From the NCBI GenBank assembly GCA_963721805.1, contig CAVRJY010000002.1, positions 96,001-160,000 on the forward strand: a stretch of DNA of 64,000 nucleotides, given 5' to 3'. The position numbers and the translations under genes are program-made. The notes below the pieces were generated by a model, which was given only the letters and a program-made list of their open reading frames with translations, was not told where the DNA came from and made no database searches. Below are positions 21,381 to 31,316 of this stretch, in pieces. Each line of letters opens with the position of its first letter. The first letter of the stretch is position 1. Source of the stretch: Nitrospirota bacterium (lineage in GTDB: Bacteria; Nitrospirota; Thermodesulfovibrionia; Thermodesulfovibrionales; JdFR-86).

Positions 21381-21678
21381 CGGGAAAATAGTGACAGAGC
21401 TCATTGTCTGACGGAAACAGGGACGTTCCTATCTATCCAAGTTCTAACTAGCTATTCAAAAAATCCTCATTGCATATTGGAATAATTACTAATTCATCGG
21501 ATCTGTTTGGTAAATGGCATCACGAGCTCGGTGCGGGGGCGCATAGCATCCCGCCTAAGATCAAATGGGTTTTAATCGCATTACGCTAGTGTCGCGTGCT
21601 TTCACATGCCCCATTGCCATGCGCTAGTGAAAATGCTTTAATATATTGACAGGTCGAATCAACAGGAGGCTGATGCAC

Positions 21679-21855
21679 ATGGGCAAGGCGGCAGACATGG
21701 TGGAGATACCGAAAGAGGAGTACTCGCTTCTGAAGGAACTGTTCAGGACCGTAAAGCGGCAGAACCTGCTCCTTCGTATCTCCGAGGCTGAGAAGAACCT
21801 CAAGGCGGGCAAGGTCAAAAAGGTCTCGGCGGACAAATTCATCGACGGCATATAA
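21679..21855 (+). CDS. Putative type II antitoxin
   Basis: Short ORF with RBS AGGAGG directly upstream of a RelE-like toxin; AEKNLKAGKVK tail. Confidence 0.65.
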   Translation: MGKAADMVEIPKEEYSLLKELFRTVKRQNLLLRISEAEKNLKAGKVKKVSADKFIDGI

Positions 21856-21862
21856 TCCCCCT

Positions 21863-22141
21863 GTGAAACCCAGATACATACTCTTTGATTCGGCGTTTGA
21901 AAAACGATTTTCCAAGTATAAATCCCGCCTTGACGAAGCCGGACGAAGTCACCTTAAGCAAAGGTTTGAACTTTTCAAGGAAGATGTTTTTGACAAGCGG
22001 CTCAAGACGCATAAGCTGAAAGGCAACCTTGGTGCGTACTATGCCTTCTCAGTAAACCATTCCGACAGGATAGTCTTCAAGGTACTCGACGATGAGGGCG
22101 TGTTTCTCATCGAGGTAGGAAGCCACGACGAGTGTTATTGA
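21863..22141 (+). CDS. RelE/YafQ-type mRNA interferase toxin
   Basis: LKTHKLKGNL..YYAFSVN..DRIVF...EVGSHDECY. Confidence 0.8.
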   Translation: MKPRYILFDSAFEKRFSKYKSRLDEAGRSHLKQRFELFKEDVFDKRLKTHKLKGNLGAYYAFSVNHSDRIVFKVLDDEGVFLIEVGSHDECY

Positions 22142-22163
22142 TCTGAGGGGAAAACAGGGACAG

Positions 22164-22958
22164 TCATCGGATCTGTTTCGTGAATGGCATCAAGATGAGG
22201 GTTGGGAGGCCGAGCTTGTCCGGTTCGCGGTAAGGGCCGACGCCGATTACGATGGTTTCCTGTGACACGTCCCTGACCAGCGTGCCTAACATCCTGTCCC
22301 ACACAGAGAGGATCGTCCCATAGTTCGTGTCGCGCTCGAAGACCTTCACGGAATGGTGTATGCGGTGCATCGATGGCGGGACGAAGACCGTCCAAAACAC
22401 GCTTTCAAGCGATTTCGGCACACGGAGGCTGCTGTGCTGAAACTGGGCCGCGAGCACAAGCAGGCTCTCAAAAATAATGACGCCGACCATTCCGGCTCCA
22501 AGGAAATAGATGAGCCCAAGCTTGATGACCGCGGAGATCGAGAGTTCCCCGATGTGGAACCGTGATGCCGTCGAGACATCCATGTTGATGTCGCTGTGGT
22601 GCACGCGGTGAAAGCGCCAAAACAGCGGGACCTTGTGGTTCAGCATATGCCAGACATAGAGCATGAAGTCCATGACCAAAACCGTCAATGTGACATTCGC
22701 CCATAGCGGCAGCGCGACCATATTAAGGAGCCCGACCCGGTGTTCGGTCACGTACGCGGCTTCATTGGCCGTGGCGGCGGCGAATAAGATTGTGAGGATC
22801 GCGCTGTTTATGATCGCGAGCGAGATGTTCGTCATGACCCGCTTCGCCTTCGCGACCGTCGGGTTGCGATAAGGCCTGACGTATTCCAGCAGCAGGAAAA
22901 AGAAGAACCCACCCCAAAAGGCCATGAGGCGTATCAAGACGGCGTTTAGGTGGATCAT
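22164..22958 (-). CDS. Sterol desaturase / fatty-acid hydroxylase family protein
   Basis: His boxes HMLNH, HRVHH, HRIHH; NYG...WDRMLGT. Confidence 0.9.
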   Translation of the reverse strand: MIHLNAVLIRLMAFWGGFFFFLLLEYVRPYRNPTVAKAKRVMTNISLAIINSAILTILFAAATANEAAYVTEHRVGLLNMVALPLWANVTLTVLVMDFMLYVWHMLNHKVPLFWRFHRVHHSDINMDVSTASRFHIGELSISAVIKLGLIYFLGAGMVGVIIFESLLVLAAQFQHSSLRVPKSLESVFWTVFVPPSMHRIHHSVKVFERDTNYGTILSVWDRMLGTLVRDVSQETIVIGVGPYREPDKLGLPTLILMPFTKQIR

Positions 22959-23095
22959 TAAAACATTGTAGGCTAATCCGTATGCTAAGACAAGATCAGC
23001 TCAATTAGCGATCTGCCCCGAAAAGACTTATTATTTCACTATTAACGCGAGCGAAATTCCGGCAGACAAGGGGCGCTGCCCCCTAAAATTATAAC

Positions 23096-23133
23096 TTGAC
23101 TATTGCGCAGAAATCGGATAAGATTGATCTTAT
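23096..23133 (+). promoter_or_regulatory. Sigma70 promoter with overlapping palindromic operator
   Basis: TTGACT (23096)-17 nt-TAAGAT (23119); inverted repeat ATAAGAT-TG-ATCTTAT at 23118-23133 abuts the ATG. Confidence 0.7.
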
Positions 23134-23547
23134 ATGCAGGTGACGCGACTTTCAGACTACGCGATCCGTGCGGTGCTGCACCTCTCCCAAAACGAGGGGC
23201 GCGTCGTAGGCGTGCCCGATATAGTCAAAGAGCAGGGCATCCCAAAGCCCTTCGCATCGAAGATCCTCCAGAGGCTGGCCAAGGCGGGAATCGTGCGCTC
23301 GGTGCAGGGGGTGCGCGGCGGCTACGTGCTCGCCCGCAAGGCCTCCGAGATCACGCTACTCGACGTATACGAGGCCGCCTCGGGGCCCCTGTGCCTCAAC
23401 GTCTGCGTCGACCGCTCCAGGGGCTGCGACCGGAGCAATGAATGCCCTGCCCACCCGGTATGGAGCAAGCTCACTTCACAATTGCGGCAAAGCATGAGAC
23501 AATGGACCATTAAGAAGGTCCTGGATTCTTGCGGACGCGATAAATGA
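23134..23547 (+). CDS. Rrf2-family transcriptional regulator with Fe-S-type Cys motif
   Basis: DYAIRAVLHL...KILQRLAKAGIVRSVQGVRGGYVL; C-x6-C-x5-C-x2-H. Confidence 0.9.
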   Translation: MQVTRLSDYAIRAVLHLSQNEGRVVGVPDIVKEQGIPKPFASKILQRLAKAGIVRSVQGVRGGYVLARKASEITLLDVYEAASGPLCLNVCVDRSRGCDRSNECPAHPVWSKLTSQLRQSMRQWTIKKVLDSCGRDK

Positions 23548-23560
23548 AAGGAGCGTTCAG

Positions 23561-24986
23561 ATGCAAACTGAAGGGGGTTACCACTACTCGGTAGTGCGGG
23601 GCTTCACGCTCTCGGCCCTGTTCTGGCTGATCATCGGGCTCGTCGTCGGCCTATGGATCTCGGCCGAGCTGTTCATGCCCGGCCTGAACCTGACCTCATG
23701 GCTCGGATACGGAAGGCTGCGCGTCATCCACGTCAACGGCCTCGCGTTCGGCTTCGGCCTCGCCGGGATATTCGCGTGCAGCTATTACATCCTGCAGAAG
23801 CTCGGCCGCACGCCGCTTGCCTTCCCCGGCCTCGCGCGCTTCCACCTCTGGCTGTTTAACGCCGCGATCACGCTGGCCGCCCTGAGCCTGTTTATGGGCA
23901 TGAACACCTCCAAGGAATACGCTGAGCTCGAATGGCCGCTGGACATCGGGGTCGTGATCATGTGGGTGATATTCGCGATAAACGTCTTCGGCACCCTGAT
24001 TAAGCGCAAAGAGAAGGACATGTACATCTCGATCTGGTACATCCTGGCCACGACCGTCACGGTCGCGGTCATCTACATCGGCAACAACCTCGAGATCCCG
24101 GTCAACCTCTTTAAGTCCTACCCGGTCTACGCCGGGCGTAAACGACGCCAACGTCGAGTGGTGGTACGCGCATAACGCGGTCGGGTTCGTCTTCACCGTC
24201 CCGATACTCGCGATGTTCTACTACTTCCTCCCCAAGTCCACCGGGCTGCCGATCTTCAGCCACCGCCTCTCGATAGTCGCGTTCTGGTCGCTGGTGTTCG
24301 CCTACCTCTGGACGGGCGCGCACCACCTTATGCTCACCCCGCTTCCGGAGTGGATACAGACCGTCGGCATAGCGTTCAGCATATTTTTGATCGCGCCCTC
24401 GTGGGGCTCGGTCGTAAACGGCTACTACACGATGCGCGGCAACTGGGGGCAGCTCCAGAGCAACTACCTCGCGAAGTTCTTCCTGCTCGGGGTCACGTTC
24501 TACGGCCTGCAGACGATACAGGGCCCGACGCAGGGCCTCCGCACGCTGACCGCGTTTTTCCACTACAGCGACTACATCATCGGCCACGTCCACATGGGCA
24601 CGATGGGCTGGGTGACGATGATCATCTCGGGCTCGTTCTACTACATGATCCCCAAGACGACCGGCCGCGAGGTATACAGCGTGCAGCTCGCCAACGTGCA
24701 CTTCTACCTCGTCCTGATCGGGCAGCTCCTCTATACCGTGACGATGTGGATGGCCGGGATCGAGCAGGGCGCGATGCTCAAGGCCACGAACGCCGACGGC
24801 TCGCTAACCTACAGCTTCCTCGAGACGATGCAGACCCTCCTGCCGTACTGGAAGATCAGGTTCATAGGCGGGGCGGTCTACTTCATCGGGATCATCGTGT
24901 TTGCGTACAACATCGTCATGACCATACGCGCGGGCAGGCCCGTCGGAGAGAAGCCCGCGCCAGCCGTGGCCGAGGGGGTGCAATAA
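23561..24986 (+). CDS. ccoN: cbb3-type cytochrome c oxidase subunit I, frameshift at about 24135
   Basis: YGRLRVIHVNG, SKEYAELEWPLD, WWYAHNAVGF, WTGAHHL, IIGHVHMG. Confidence 0.92.
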
Positions 24987-24987
24987 G

Positions 24988-25701
24988 ATGAGCGACAGCG
25001 TATACAGCAGACCCATCGTATTTGCGGTGCTCTCGGCGGTCGTGATCCTGGTGGGCACGGTTGTCACGACGTTCTACCCTATGGTCATGCCCTCTACCCA
25101 GCCCAAGAGCGGGTACGTCAAGCCCTATACCGCGCTCGAGCTCGAGGGCCGCGACGTCTATATCCGCGAGGGCTGCAACAACTGTCACACGCAGACGATC
25201 CGCCCGCTTCGCACCGAGGTCCTCAGGTACGGCGACTACTCCAAGCCCGAGGAGTTCGCCTACGACAGCCCGCACCTCTGGGGCTCGCGGCGCGTCGGGC
25301 CGGACCTGGCGCGCATAGGCGGCAAGTACGCCGACAGCTGGCACTACGTCCATACCGTCGACCCGCAGAAGATGTTCGCGGCCTCGAACATGCCGCGCTA
25401 CGTGTGGCTCGCGGACTCAAAGCTCGACACCTCATACACGCTCAAAAAGTCCCAAGTCCTCGGCTTCGGCTACTCGGAGGCCGACGTGCAAAAGCAGCTC
25501 GACGACGAGCGTGCGCGGCTTACTTCGCCGCAGTACCGGTACAAGCCGCAGCGCGACAACGCCATCCCGGCCGGGCTGCGCGGAGACCTGACCGAGCTTG
25601 ACGCCCTCATCGCGTACCTCCAGAAGCTCGGGCGCGACTACAAGGACAGCCAGAAGACCGAGGCGGCGGTGGCCTCGGCCGCTCCGGCCGGGGGCAACTG
25701 A
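24988..25701 (+). CDS. ccoO: cbb3 oxidase subunit II (monoheme)
   Basis: ELEGRDVYIREGCNNCHTQTIRP, LWGSRRVGPDLARIG. Confidence 0.95.
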   Translation: MSDSVYSRPIVFAVLSAVVILVGTVVTTFYPMVMPSTQPKSGYVKPYTALELEGRDVYIREGCNNCHTQTIRPLRTEVLRYGDYSKPEEFAYDSPHLWGSRRVGPDLARIGGKYADSWHYVHTVDPQKMFAASNMPRYVWLADSKLDTSYTLKKSQVLGFGYSEADVQKQLDDERARLTSPQYRYKPQRDNAIPAGLRGDLTELDALIAYLQKLGRDYKDSQKTEAAVASAAPAGGN

Positions 25702-25702
25702 C

Positions 25703-25849
25703 ATGCACTGGAGCGCTCTGGTTTATCTGGGCTTCACGGCGGCGCTTCTGGCGGTGCTTGGCGGAATCGCGTATTATAGCTATAAACCATCTCGCAGAGA
25801 TGCGGTCGAGGAGCCGAAGTTCCGGATGCTCGACGACAACGACGAGTAA
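25703..25849 (+). CDS. ccoQ: cbb3 oxidase small subunit
   Basis: Single TM helix plus VEEPKFRMLDD, between ccoO and ccoP. Confidence 0.75.
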   Translation: MHWSALVYLGFTAALLAVLGGIAYYSYKPSRRDAVEEPKFRMLDDNDE

Positions 25850-25864
25850 GGAAGGGGACGCCCG

Positions 25865-26695
25865 ATGAGCGATATAGCCAAGATGGAGCTGGAAAACAAG
25901 ATTCCCAAAGGTTGGGCGGCGTTTTACATCGCGGCCATCCTGTTCGTGATCGTATACGTTGCCTCATACACGCCCGAATTCAGCGGGTGGTCGTTCAACA
26001 AGCGCTTCGACGCTGCCCACTCGGCCGAGCTGGCGGGCATGGCCCATCCCGTACAAAACGTCAACCCATACGCCGGCGACCTGAAGGCTATCGAGGAGGG
26101 CGAGGCCCACTATAAGAGCATGTGCGCGGGCTGCCACGGCGAGGGCCTGAAAAACCCTGCGATAGGCCAGGACATCCTCAAGGCGCCGGCCCTTACTGAC
26201 GAGGCGATCTACGATTTCATATACAAAGGGAGCGTCAACGGGATGCCGGCCTTCGGCTCGCAGCTCGGCCCGGACCGCACCTGGAAGCTCGTCGCATACA
26301 TCCAGCACGAGCGCGCCGAGGGGGGCATGGCCCCGTCAACCGAGGCTGGTGAGAATAACCCAGTGCAGATGGCCGCGAAGGGCGGGGGCGGATCGCACGG
26401 GGGCGGCAGCGGAGGCGTTGGCGGACAACAGGGCAACAAAAGGAAGAACATGACCGAGGACGGGCTGATCGTCTATAACAGGACCTGCGCCGGATGCCAC
26501 GGCCTCGGGCTTAAAAACCCGCCGGTCGGGGCGGACCTCCTCGGTACGCTCAAATACGGTGACACCACCCTGGCGCTCACCGAGACGATCACAAACGGCA
26601 GGCCGGGCGGCATGCCCAGCTTCGGCTCGCAATTCAGCCCGGAGCAAATACATAAGATAGTCATATATATCCAGCAAGAGCGCATGAGGCGCTAA
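25865..26695 (+). CDS. ccoP: cbb3 oxidase subunit III (diheme cytochrome c)
   Basis: ENKIPKGW N-terminus, two CAGCH motifs each followed by GMPxFG, Gly-rich linker. Confidence 0.85.
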   Translation: MSDIAKMELENKIPKGWAAFYIAAILFVIVYVASYTPEFSGWSFNKRFDAAHSAELAGMAHPVQNVNPYAGDLKAIEEGEAHYKSMCAGCHGEGLKNPAIGQDILKAPALTDEAIYDFIYKGSVNGMPAFGSQLGPDRTWKLVAYIQHERAEGGMAPSTEAGENNPVQMAAKGGGGSHGGGSGGVGGQQGNKRKNMTEDGLIVYNRTCAGCHGLGLKNPPVGADLLGTLKYGDTTLALTETITNGRPGGMPSFGSQFSPEQIHKIVIYIQQERMRR

Positions 26696-26762
26696 GGGGC
26701 TCGGGCCCGGCCGCTCCCCCCTCACATGGTGGGGCCGCCGGGCGCCGCCACTCGGACCTGTC

Positions 26763-27896
26763 ATGCAACAGCACTCCAGGGCGCACCACGACAGATGGCT
26801 CACCAGGAGGCGCGCGGCCGCGGCGCTCGAGGCCGCCGTGATCCTGGGCCTGCCGTTTCTGACCATCCACGGGCAGAGCGCGCTTCGCTTCGACATCCCC
26901 AGCCTCACGCTCTTCGCCTTCGGGGCCGAGATCCCGATCAGCCAGTTCCTCTCGGTGCTGTTGATCATGCTGTTTCTGGGGGTGCTGTTTATCGGCATCA
27001 CGACGGTATTCGGCCGCATCTGGTGCGGGTGGCTCTGCCCTCAGAGCGTGCTGGAGGAATTCGCCGAGGACCTGTCCTCGGCCATAAACAGGAAACACCG
27101 CCTGCTCATCAAGCGCCTGATCCTCGTGCCGGTCTCGGCGCTCGTCTCGGTCTCTATGATCTGGTATTTCATCCCCCCGGCCGGGAGCCTCGATGCGATA
27201 GCCTCGGGCGGCGCGGCCATGTGGTTTTTCATCGTCATGGCGCTCGCGATTTACGCGATGCTCGCGCTTCTGGGCAGGCGGTTCTGCGCCACGGTCTGCC
27301 CCTACTCGATGCTGCAGAGCGCGTTTTTCGACCGCGACACGGTCGTGGTCGGGTTCGACCCCGCGCGGGCGGACGAGTGCATGGGCTGCGAGATGTGCGT
27401 AAAGTCCTGCCCGATGGGCATAGACATCAGGCGCGGCCTCCAGCGCGAGTGCATCGCCTGCGCGCGGTGCATAGACGCGTGCGAGACGATGAGGCGCGGC
27501 CTCCCCCCGCTCGTGCGCTACATGGGCAGGCCGCTGAGGGCGAAGGCGGCCGTCTGGGCCGCGGCGGCGGCGCTGTTCGCCCTGGCCGCGATCGTAGCCG
27601 TCGGTGCGAGGCCGAGCGCCGAGGTCACTTTTTACAGGAACGCCGTGCAGCCCGCCAAGGGCCACGTCAACACCTATACCTACAGCATCCGCAACAACAC
27701 CTCCGCGCCGCTGGATTTTACGGTAGTGCCGGGCCCGCCGTTTGAGGTCGTGGGCGGAGCCGTCGAGGTCATGGTCCTGCCCGCAGAGCGGGCGAACGGC
27801 ATCATCGTCCTCTCGCCTGCCGGCCCCGCGACGAGCGTGCGCGTGACGTTCCGCGCACGGGGGGTCGAGATCACGAAGGAGGCCGGATACCTTTGA
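26763..27896 (+). CDS. ccoG: Cytochrome oxidase accessory 4Fe-4S protein CcoG/FixG
   Basis: GRIWCGWLCPQ, FCATVCPY, two CxxCxxCxxxC ferredoxin motifs. Confidence 0.88.
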   Translation: MQQHSRAHHDRWLTRRRAAAALEAAVILGLPFLTIHGQSALRFDIPSLTLFAFGAEIPISQFLSVLLIMLFLGVLFIGITTVFGRIWCGWLCPQSVLEEFAEDLSSAINRKHRLLIKRLILVPVSALVSVSMIWYFIPPAGSLDAIASGGAAMWFFIVMALAIYAMLALLGRRFCATVCPYSMLQSAFFDRDTVVVGFDPARADECMGCEMCVKSCPMGIDIRRGLQRECIACARCIDACETMRRGLPPLVRYMGRPLRAKAAVWAAAAALFALAAIVAVGARPSAEVTFYRNAVQPAKGHVNTYTYSIRNNTSAPLDFTVVPGPPFEVVGGAVEVMVLPAERANGIIVLSPAGPATSVRVTFRARGVEITKEAGYL

Positions 27897-28333
27897 AACG
27901 CTTCATCTACGCGCTTTTTATAGGCTTCGCGCTGATCACGGCATATACGTTTTATAAGGCCAGTTCGGTCTACGACGGACTGGTCGAGCCCTCATACTAC
28001 GAGCGCAGCAAGGACTGGTTCGAGACCCGCAAGGCCGAGGTCAGCATGGGACTCGCCATAGACCTCCGGAAGATGCCGGTCTCGGCAGGCACGCAGGAGA
28101 TGGCGGTCTCGGTCCGAAACGCCAAGGGCCCGCTTACCTCAGGCCATGCGACGCTCACGCTCGGCAGGCCGAGTTCGTCGTCGACCGACCGGGCGTACGA
28201 GGCAGGCGAGGTCTCGCCCGGCGTATATTCGGCCAGCGTCGAACTCCCTGAGCGCGGGATATGGCTCGTTCGGTTTGAGCTTCAGCACCCCTCGATATCG
28301 ACCGAGCGGCGATGGACCATAACCATAAACTGA
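27893..28333 (+). CDS. ccoH: FixH/CcoH-family protein
   Basis: N-terminal TM, DGLVEPSYYE, GVYSA...GIW; operon position. Confidence 0.7.
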   Translation: MKRFIYALFIGFALITAYTFYKASSVYDGLVEPSYYERSKDWFETRKAEVSMGLAIDLRKMPVSAGTQEMAVSVRNAKGPLTSGHATLTLGRPSSSSTDRAYEAGEVSPGVYSASVELPERGIWLVRFELQHPSISTERRWTITIN

Positions 28334-28707
28334 TAACGCTCTGCGTCCTGATATTGCTGATGGGCTGCTCCGCGCAGGCCCCGCCCCCGGCCGACTGCGA
28401 CCCGGACGCCGGGCCGTGCGCCAAGCCCGCCGCTACTCTTGAGATCACGCCGCGCCCCGTGGCCGCTATGCGCGAGCTGACCTTCAGCGTGATAACGAAA
28501 GGCGCGCCCGCGCCGGACATGATCGACCTCTCGATGCCGGGTATGACGATGGGGGTCAACCGCGTGCCGCTTAAGCGGGTAGCGCCCGGTACTTACGCGG
28601 GCCAAGGCGTGATCGTGCGCTGCCCGAGCGGGGCCACGCTGTGGCGTGCGGCGGTGTATAACGGCGATGCGCTGGTCGCGGAGTATCTCTTCGATGTCAG
28701 GCGGTAG
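28312..28707 (+). CDS. Putative lipoprotein with Cys/Met motifs
   Basis: Lipobox LMGC; CDPDAGPC, DLSMPGMTMG, IVRCPSG. Confidence 0.7.
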   Translation: MDHNHKLITLCVLILLMGCSAQAPPPADCDPDAGPCAKPAATLEITPRPVAAMRELTFSVITKGAPAPDMIDLSMPGMTMGVNRVPLKRVAPGTYAGQGVIVRCPSGATLWRAAVYNGDALVAEYLFDVRR

Positions 28708-31096
28708 GCTCTGCTGCAGCCACTGCGAGCTGCCAGTCCCCGAGGCCGAGGCGATCCGCGAGGGCCCGCTCGCGTTTTGCTGCGAGGGCTGCCGCTCCGT
28801 GTACCATATACTGCGCGCCGGGGGCTTCGACGAGTTCTACTCGCACCGCCCGGGCTGGAGGCCCGGCCCGCCGCCGGATGCCGCCGAACTAGAGCCCTCG
28901 GCCTTCGCAGGCTCGGTGCGGCAGGCCGGGGATACTCTTACGCTCGACGTGCAGATCAGCGGGATCAGGTGCGCCTCGTGCGTCTGGCTGATAGAGAACT
29001 TCCTCAAGCGCAAGGTCGGGGTGAGCGAGGCGCGCATCAACTACGCCACGCACCGCGGCCGCATCACATGGCGCTCCGCCGGCCCTTCACTTAAGGACAT
29101 CCTCCACGCGATCCGCTCTATCGGGTATATCGCGCTGCCGTATTCCGCGGCAGCCCGTGACTCGCTCATAGACCGCGAGCGGCGCGACCTCCTCTTGCGC
29201 TTCGGCACGGCCGCGTTTTTCTCGATGCAGCTGATGCTCTTTACGGTCGCGCTCTACGCCGGGTACTTCAAGGGCATGGACCCGTCGCTCAAGAGCTTTT
29301 TCCAGTACGTCACCTGGGCGCTCGCCACCCCGGTCGTGTTCTATTCGGGCTGGCCGTTTTTCGTCAACTCGATCAGGTCGGTCCGCAACCGCGTGCTCGG
29401 CATGGACGTGCTCGTGTTCGCGGGCTCGTTCTCTGCGTATCTCTACAGCATCGCGATGATATTCTATGGCGGCGAGGTCTACTTCGACACCTCCGCGATG
29501 ATCATCACCCTGATCCTGCTGGGCCGCTACATCGAGGCCAATGCCAAGGGCCGCGCCTCGGAGGCCATAACCGCGATGCTCGGGCTTCAGCCGCGCGAGG
29601 TAAGGCTCCGCGGCGGCGGAGCTGCGGCCATCGAGTCCGTCAAGGCCGGAGACGAGATCGAGGTGATGCCCGGCGGCCGCGTGCCGCTCGACGGTGAGAT
29701 CGCAGAGGGCGAGGCCGAGATAGACGAGTCGATGCTCACCGGAGAGTCCCGCCCTGTATCGAAGCGCCGCGGCGACGAGGCGCTCGCCGGCACGGTATGC
29801 CTCAACGGCCACCTCACCCTGAAGGTGACGCGCACGGGCGACGAGACCGTGCTCTCCTCTATCGTGCGTGCGGTGGAGGAGGCCCAATCCAGGCGCGCGC
29901 CGATACAGGCTGTTTCGGACCGCGTGGTCGGGTGGTTCGTCCCGGCCGTGCTCGCGATAGCCGCGGGCACGGCGGCATGGTGGCTGCACGCGGGTGGGGG
30001 GCCGTCGCGCGCGCTATCGGCCTCGGTCGCGGTGCTCGTGATAGCCTGCCCGTGCGCGCTGGGGCTCGCGACCCCGCTTGCGGTGCTGCGCGGTACGTGG
30101 CTCGCCTCTGCGCGCGGGATACTCGTGCGAGGCGGCGACGTGCTGGAGCGCGCGGCGCATACCGACACGCTCGTGTTCGACAAGACCGGGACGCTCACGC
30201 GCGGCAGCCCTGTGCTGACGGACGTGATCGAGACCGGCAACCATACCGCCGAAGACGTGCTGCGCCTCGCGGCATCCCTTGAGGCGCACTCCGAGCACTC
30301 CTTCGGCCGCGCGGTGCTCGCGGCCTCGCGCGCTGTCGAGCCCCTGCCCGTTGAGGCATTCAGCGTGGTCGCGGGACGCGGAGTGGTCGGCATGGCCAAC
30401 GGCTGGCGCGCGCTGCTCGGCACGAAAGGGTTGCTCGAAGACGAAGGCGTGGCCATACCCGAGGCGCTCGTCGAGCAGGCGAGGAAGCTCGCGCTTCAGG
30501 GCAAGACAGTCTCGTTTCTCGCCTCGGGCGGGCGGGCCGCCGGGCTGGTCGCGGTGGCCGACGGCATCAGGGACGAGGCGCGCGATATAGGCAAGACGGC
30601 TGATGCGATAGACCTGCGCATGGTCACCGGAGACAACGCCGCCGCTGCGGCGCATATCGCGGCCGAGGCCGGGCTGAAGGCCGTGCACGCGGGCGTCACG
30701 CCGGAGGGCAAGGCGCGGCTCATCCGGGAACTCAAGGACCATGACCGCACGGTGATGATGCTCGGAGACGGGATCAACGACGCCCCGGCGCTGAGCGAGG
30801 CGCAGGTGGGGGTATCGATGGGCCGCGCCTCGGACATCGCGCTGCTGAGCTCCGACGCGGTGCTGATGCGCAACGACCCGCGCGCAGCGCTCGAGCTAGT
30901 CGATATCGCGCGGCGCACCCTGCGGCTGATCAAGCAAAACCTCTTCTGGGCGTTCTCTTATAACCTGCTGGCGATACCCCTTGCCGCGGCCGGGCTGCTG
31001 CACCCGATAGTCTCGGCCCTGTGCATGGCCGCCAGTTCGCTCCTGGTCGTCGCCAACTCCATGAGGCTCCGCCCTCGCCGCACCGGGGCGCGATAG
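28694..31096 (+). CDS. ccoI: Heavy-metal (Cu) P1B-type ATPase CcoI/FixI
   Basis: CSHC/FCCEGC, CASC HMA domain, TGES, CPC, DKTGT, GDGINDAP. Confidence 0.92.
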   Translation: MSGGRLCCSHCELPVPEAEAIREGPLAFCCEGCRSVYHILRAGGFDEFYSHRPGWRPGPPPDAAELEPSAFAGSVRQAGDTLTLDVQISGIRCASCVWLIENFLKRKVGVSEARINYATHRGRITWRSAGPSLKDILHAIRSIGYIALPYSAAARDSLIDRERRDLLLRFGTAAFFSMQLMLFTVALYAGYFKGMDPSLKSFFQYVTWALATPVVFYSGWPFFVNSIRSVRNRVLGMDVLVFAGSFSAYLYSIAMIFYGGEVYFDTSAMIITLILLGRYIEANAKGRASEAITAMLGLQPREVRLRGGGAAAIESVKAGDEIEVMPGGRVPLDGEIAEGEAEIDESMLTGESRPVSKRRGDEALAGTVCLNGHLTLKVTRTGDETVLSSIVRAVEEAQSRRAPIQAVSDRVVGWFVPAVLAIAAGTAAWWLHAGGGPSRALSASVAVLVIACPCALGLATPLAVLRGTWLASARGILVRGGDVLERAAHTDTLVFDKTGTLTRGSPVLTDVIETGNHTAEDVLRLAASLEAHSEHSFGRAVLAASRAVEPLPVEAFSVVAGRGVVGMANGWRALLGTKGLLEDEGVAIPEALVEQARKLALQGKTVSFLASGGRAAGLVAVADGIRDEARDIGKTADAIDLRMVTGDNAAAAAHIAAEAGLKAVHAGVTPEGKARLIRELKDHDRTVMMLGDGINDAPALSEAQVGVSMGRASDIALLSSDAVLMRNDPRAALELVDIARRTLRLIKQNLFWAFSYNLLAIPLAAAGLLHPIVSALCMAASSLLVVANSMRLRPRRTGAR

Positions 31097-31098
31097 CT

Positions 31099-31311
31099 GT
31101 GTGGAGCGTGTATTTTCTCGTGCTCGTGGCGGGATTCCTCGGGCTCGCGGCATGGCTGATATTCCTGTGGGCCGCCAAGAGCGGACAGTACGACGACCCC
31201 GAGGGCCCCAAGTACCGCATGCTCGATGACGATGACGGGCCCACGGGGCCGACTGGCCCCCCTCCGGACACGGCCAGGAAACCTCCAACCGAGCCTTCGC
31301 CAAAGGGCTGA
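31099..31311 (+). CDS. ccoS: cbb3 oxidase maturation protein CcoS/FixS
   Basis: FLWAAKSGQYDDPEGPKYRML. Confidence 0.88.
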   Translation: MWSVYFLVLVAGFLGLAAWLIFLWAAKSGQYDDPEGPKYRMLDDDDGPTGPTGPPPDTARKPPTEPSPKG

Positions 31312-31316
31312 GCGCA

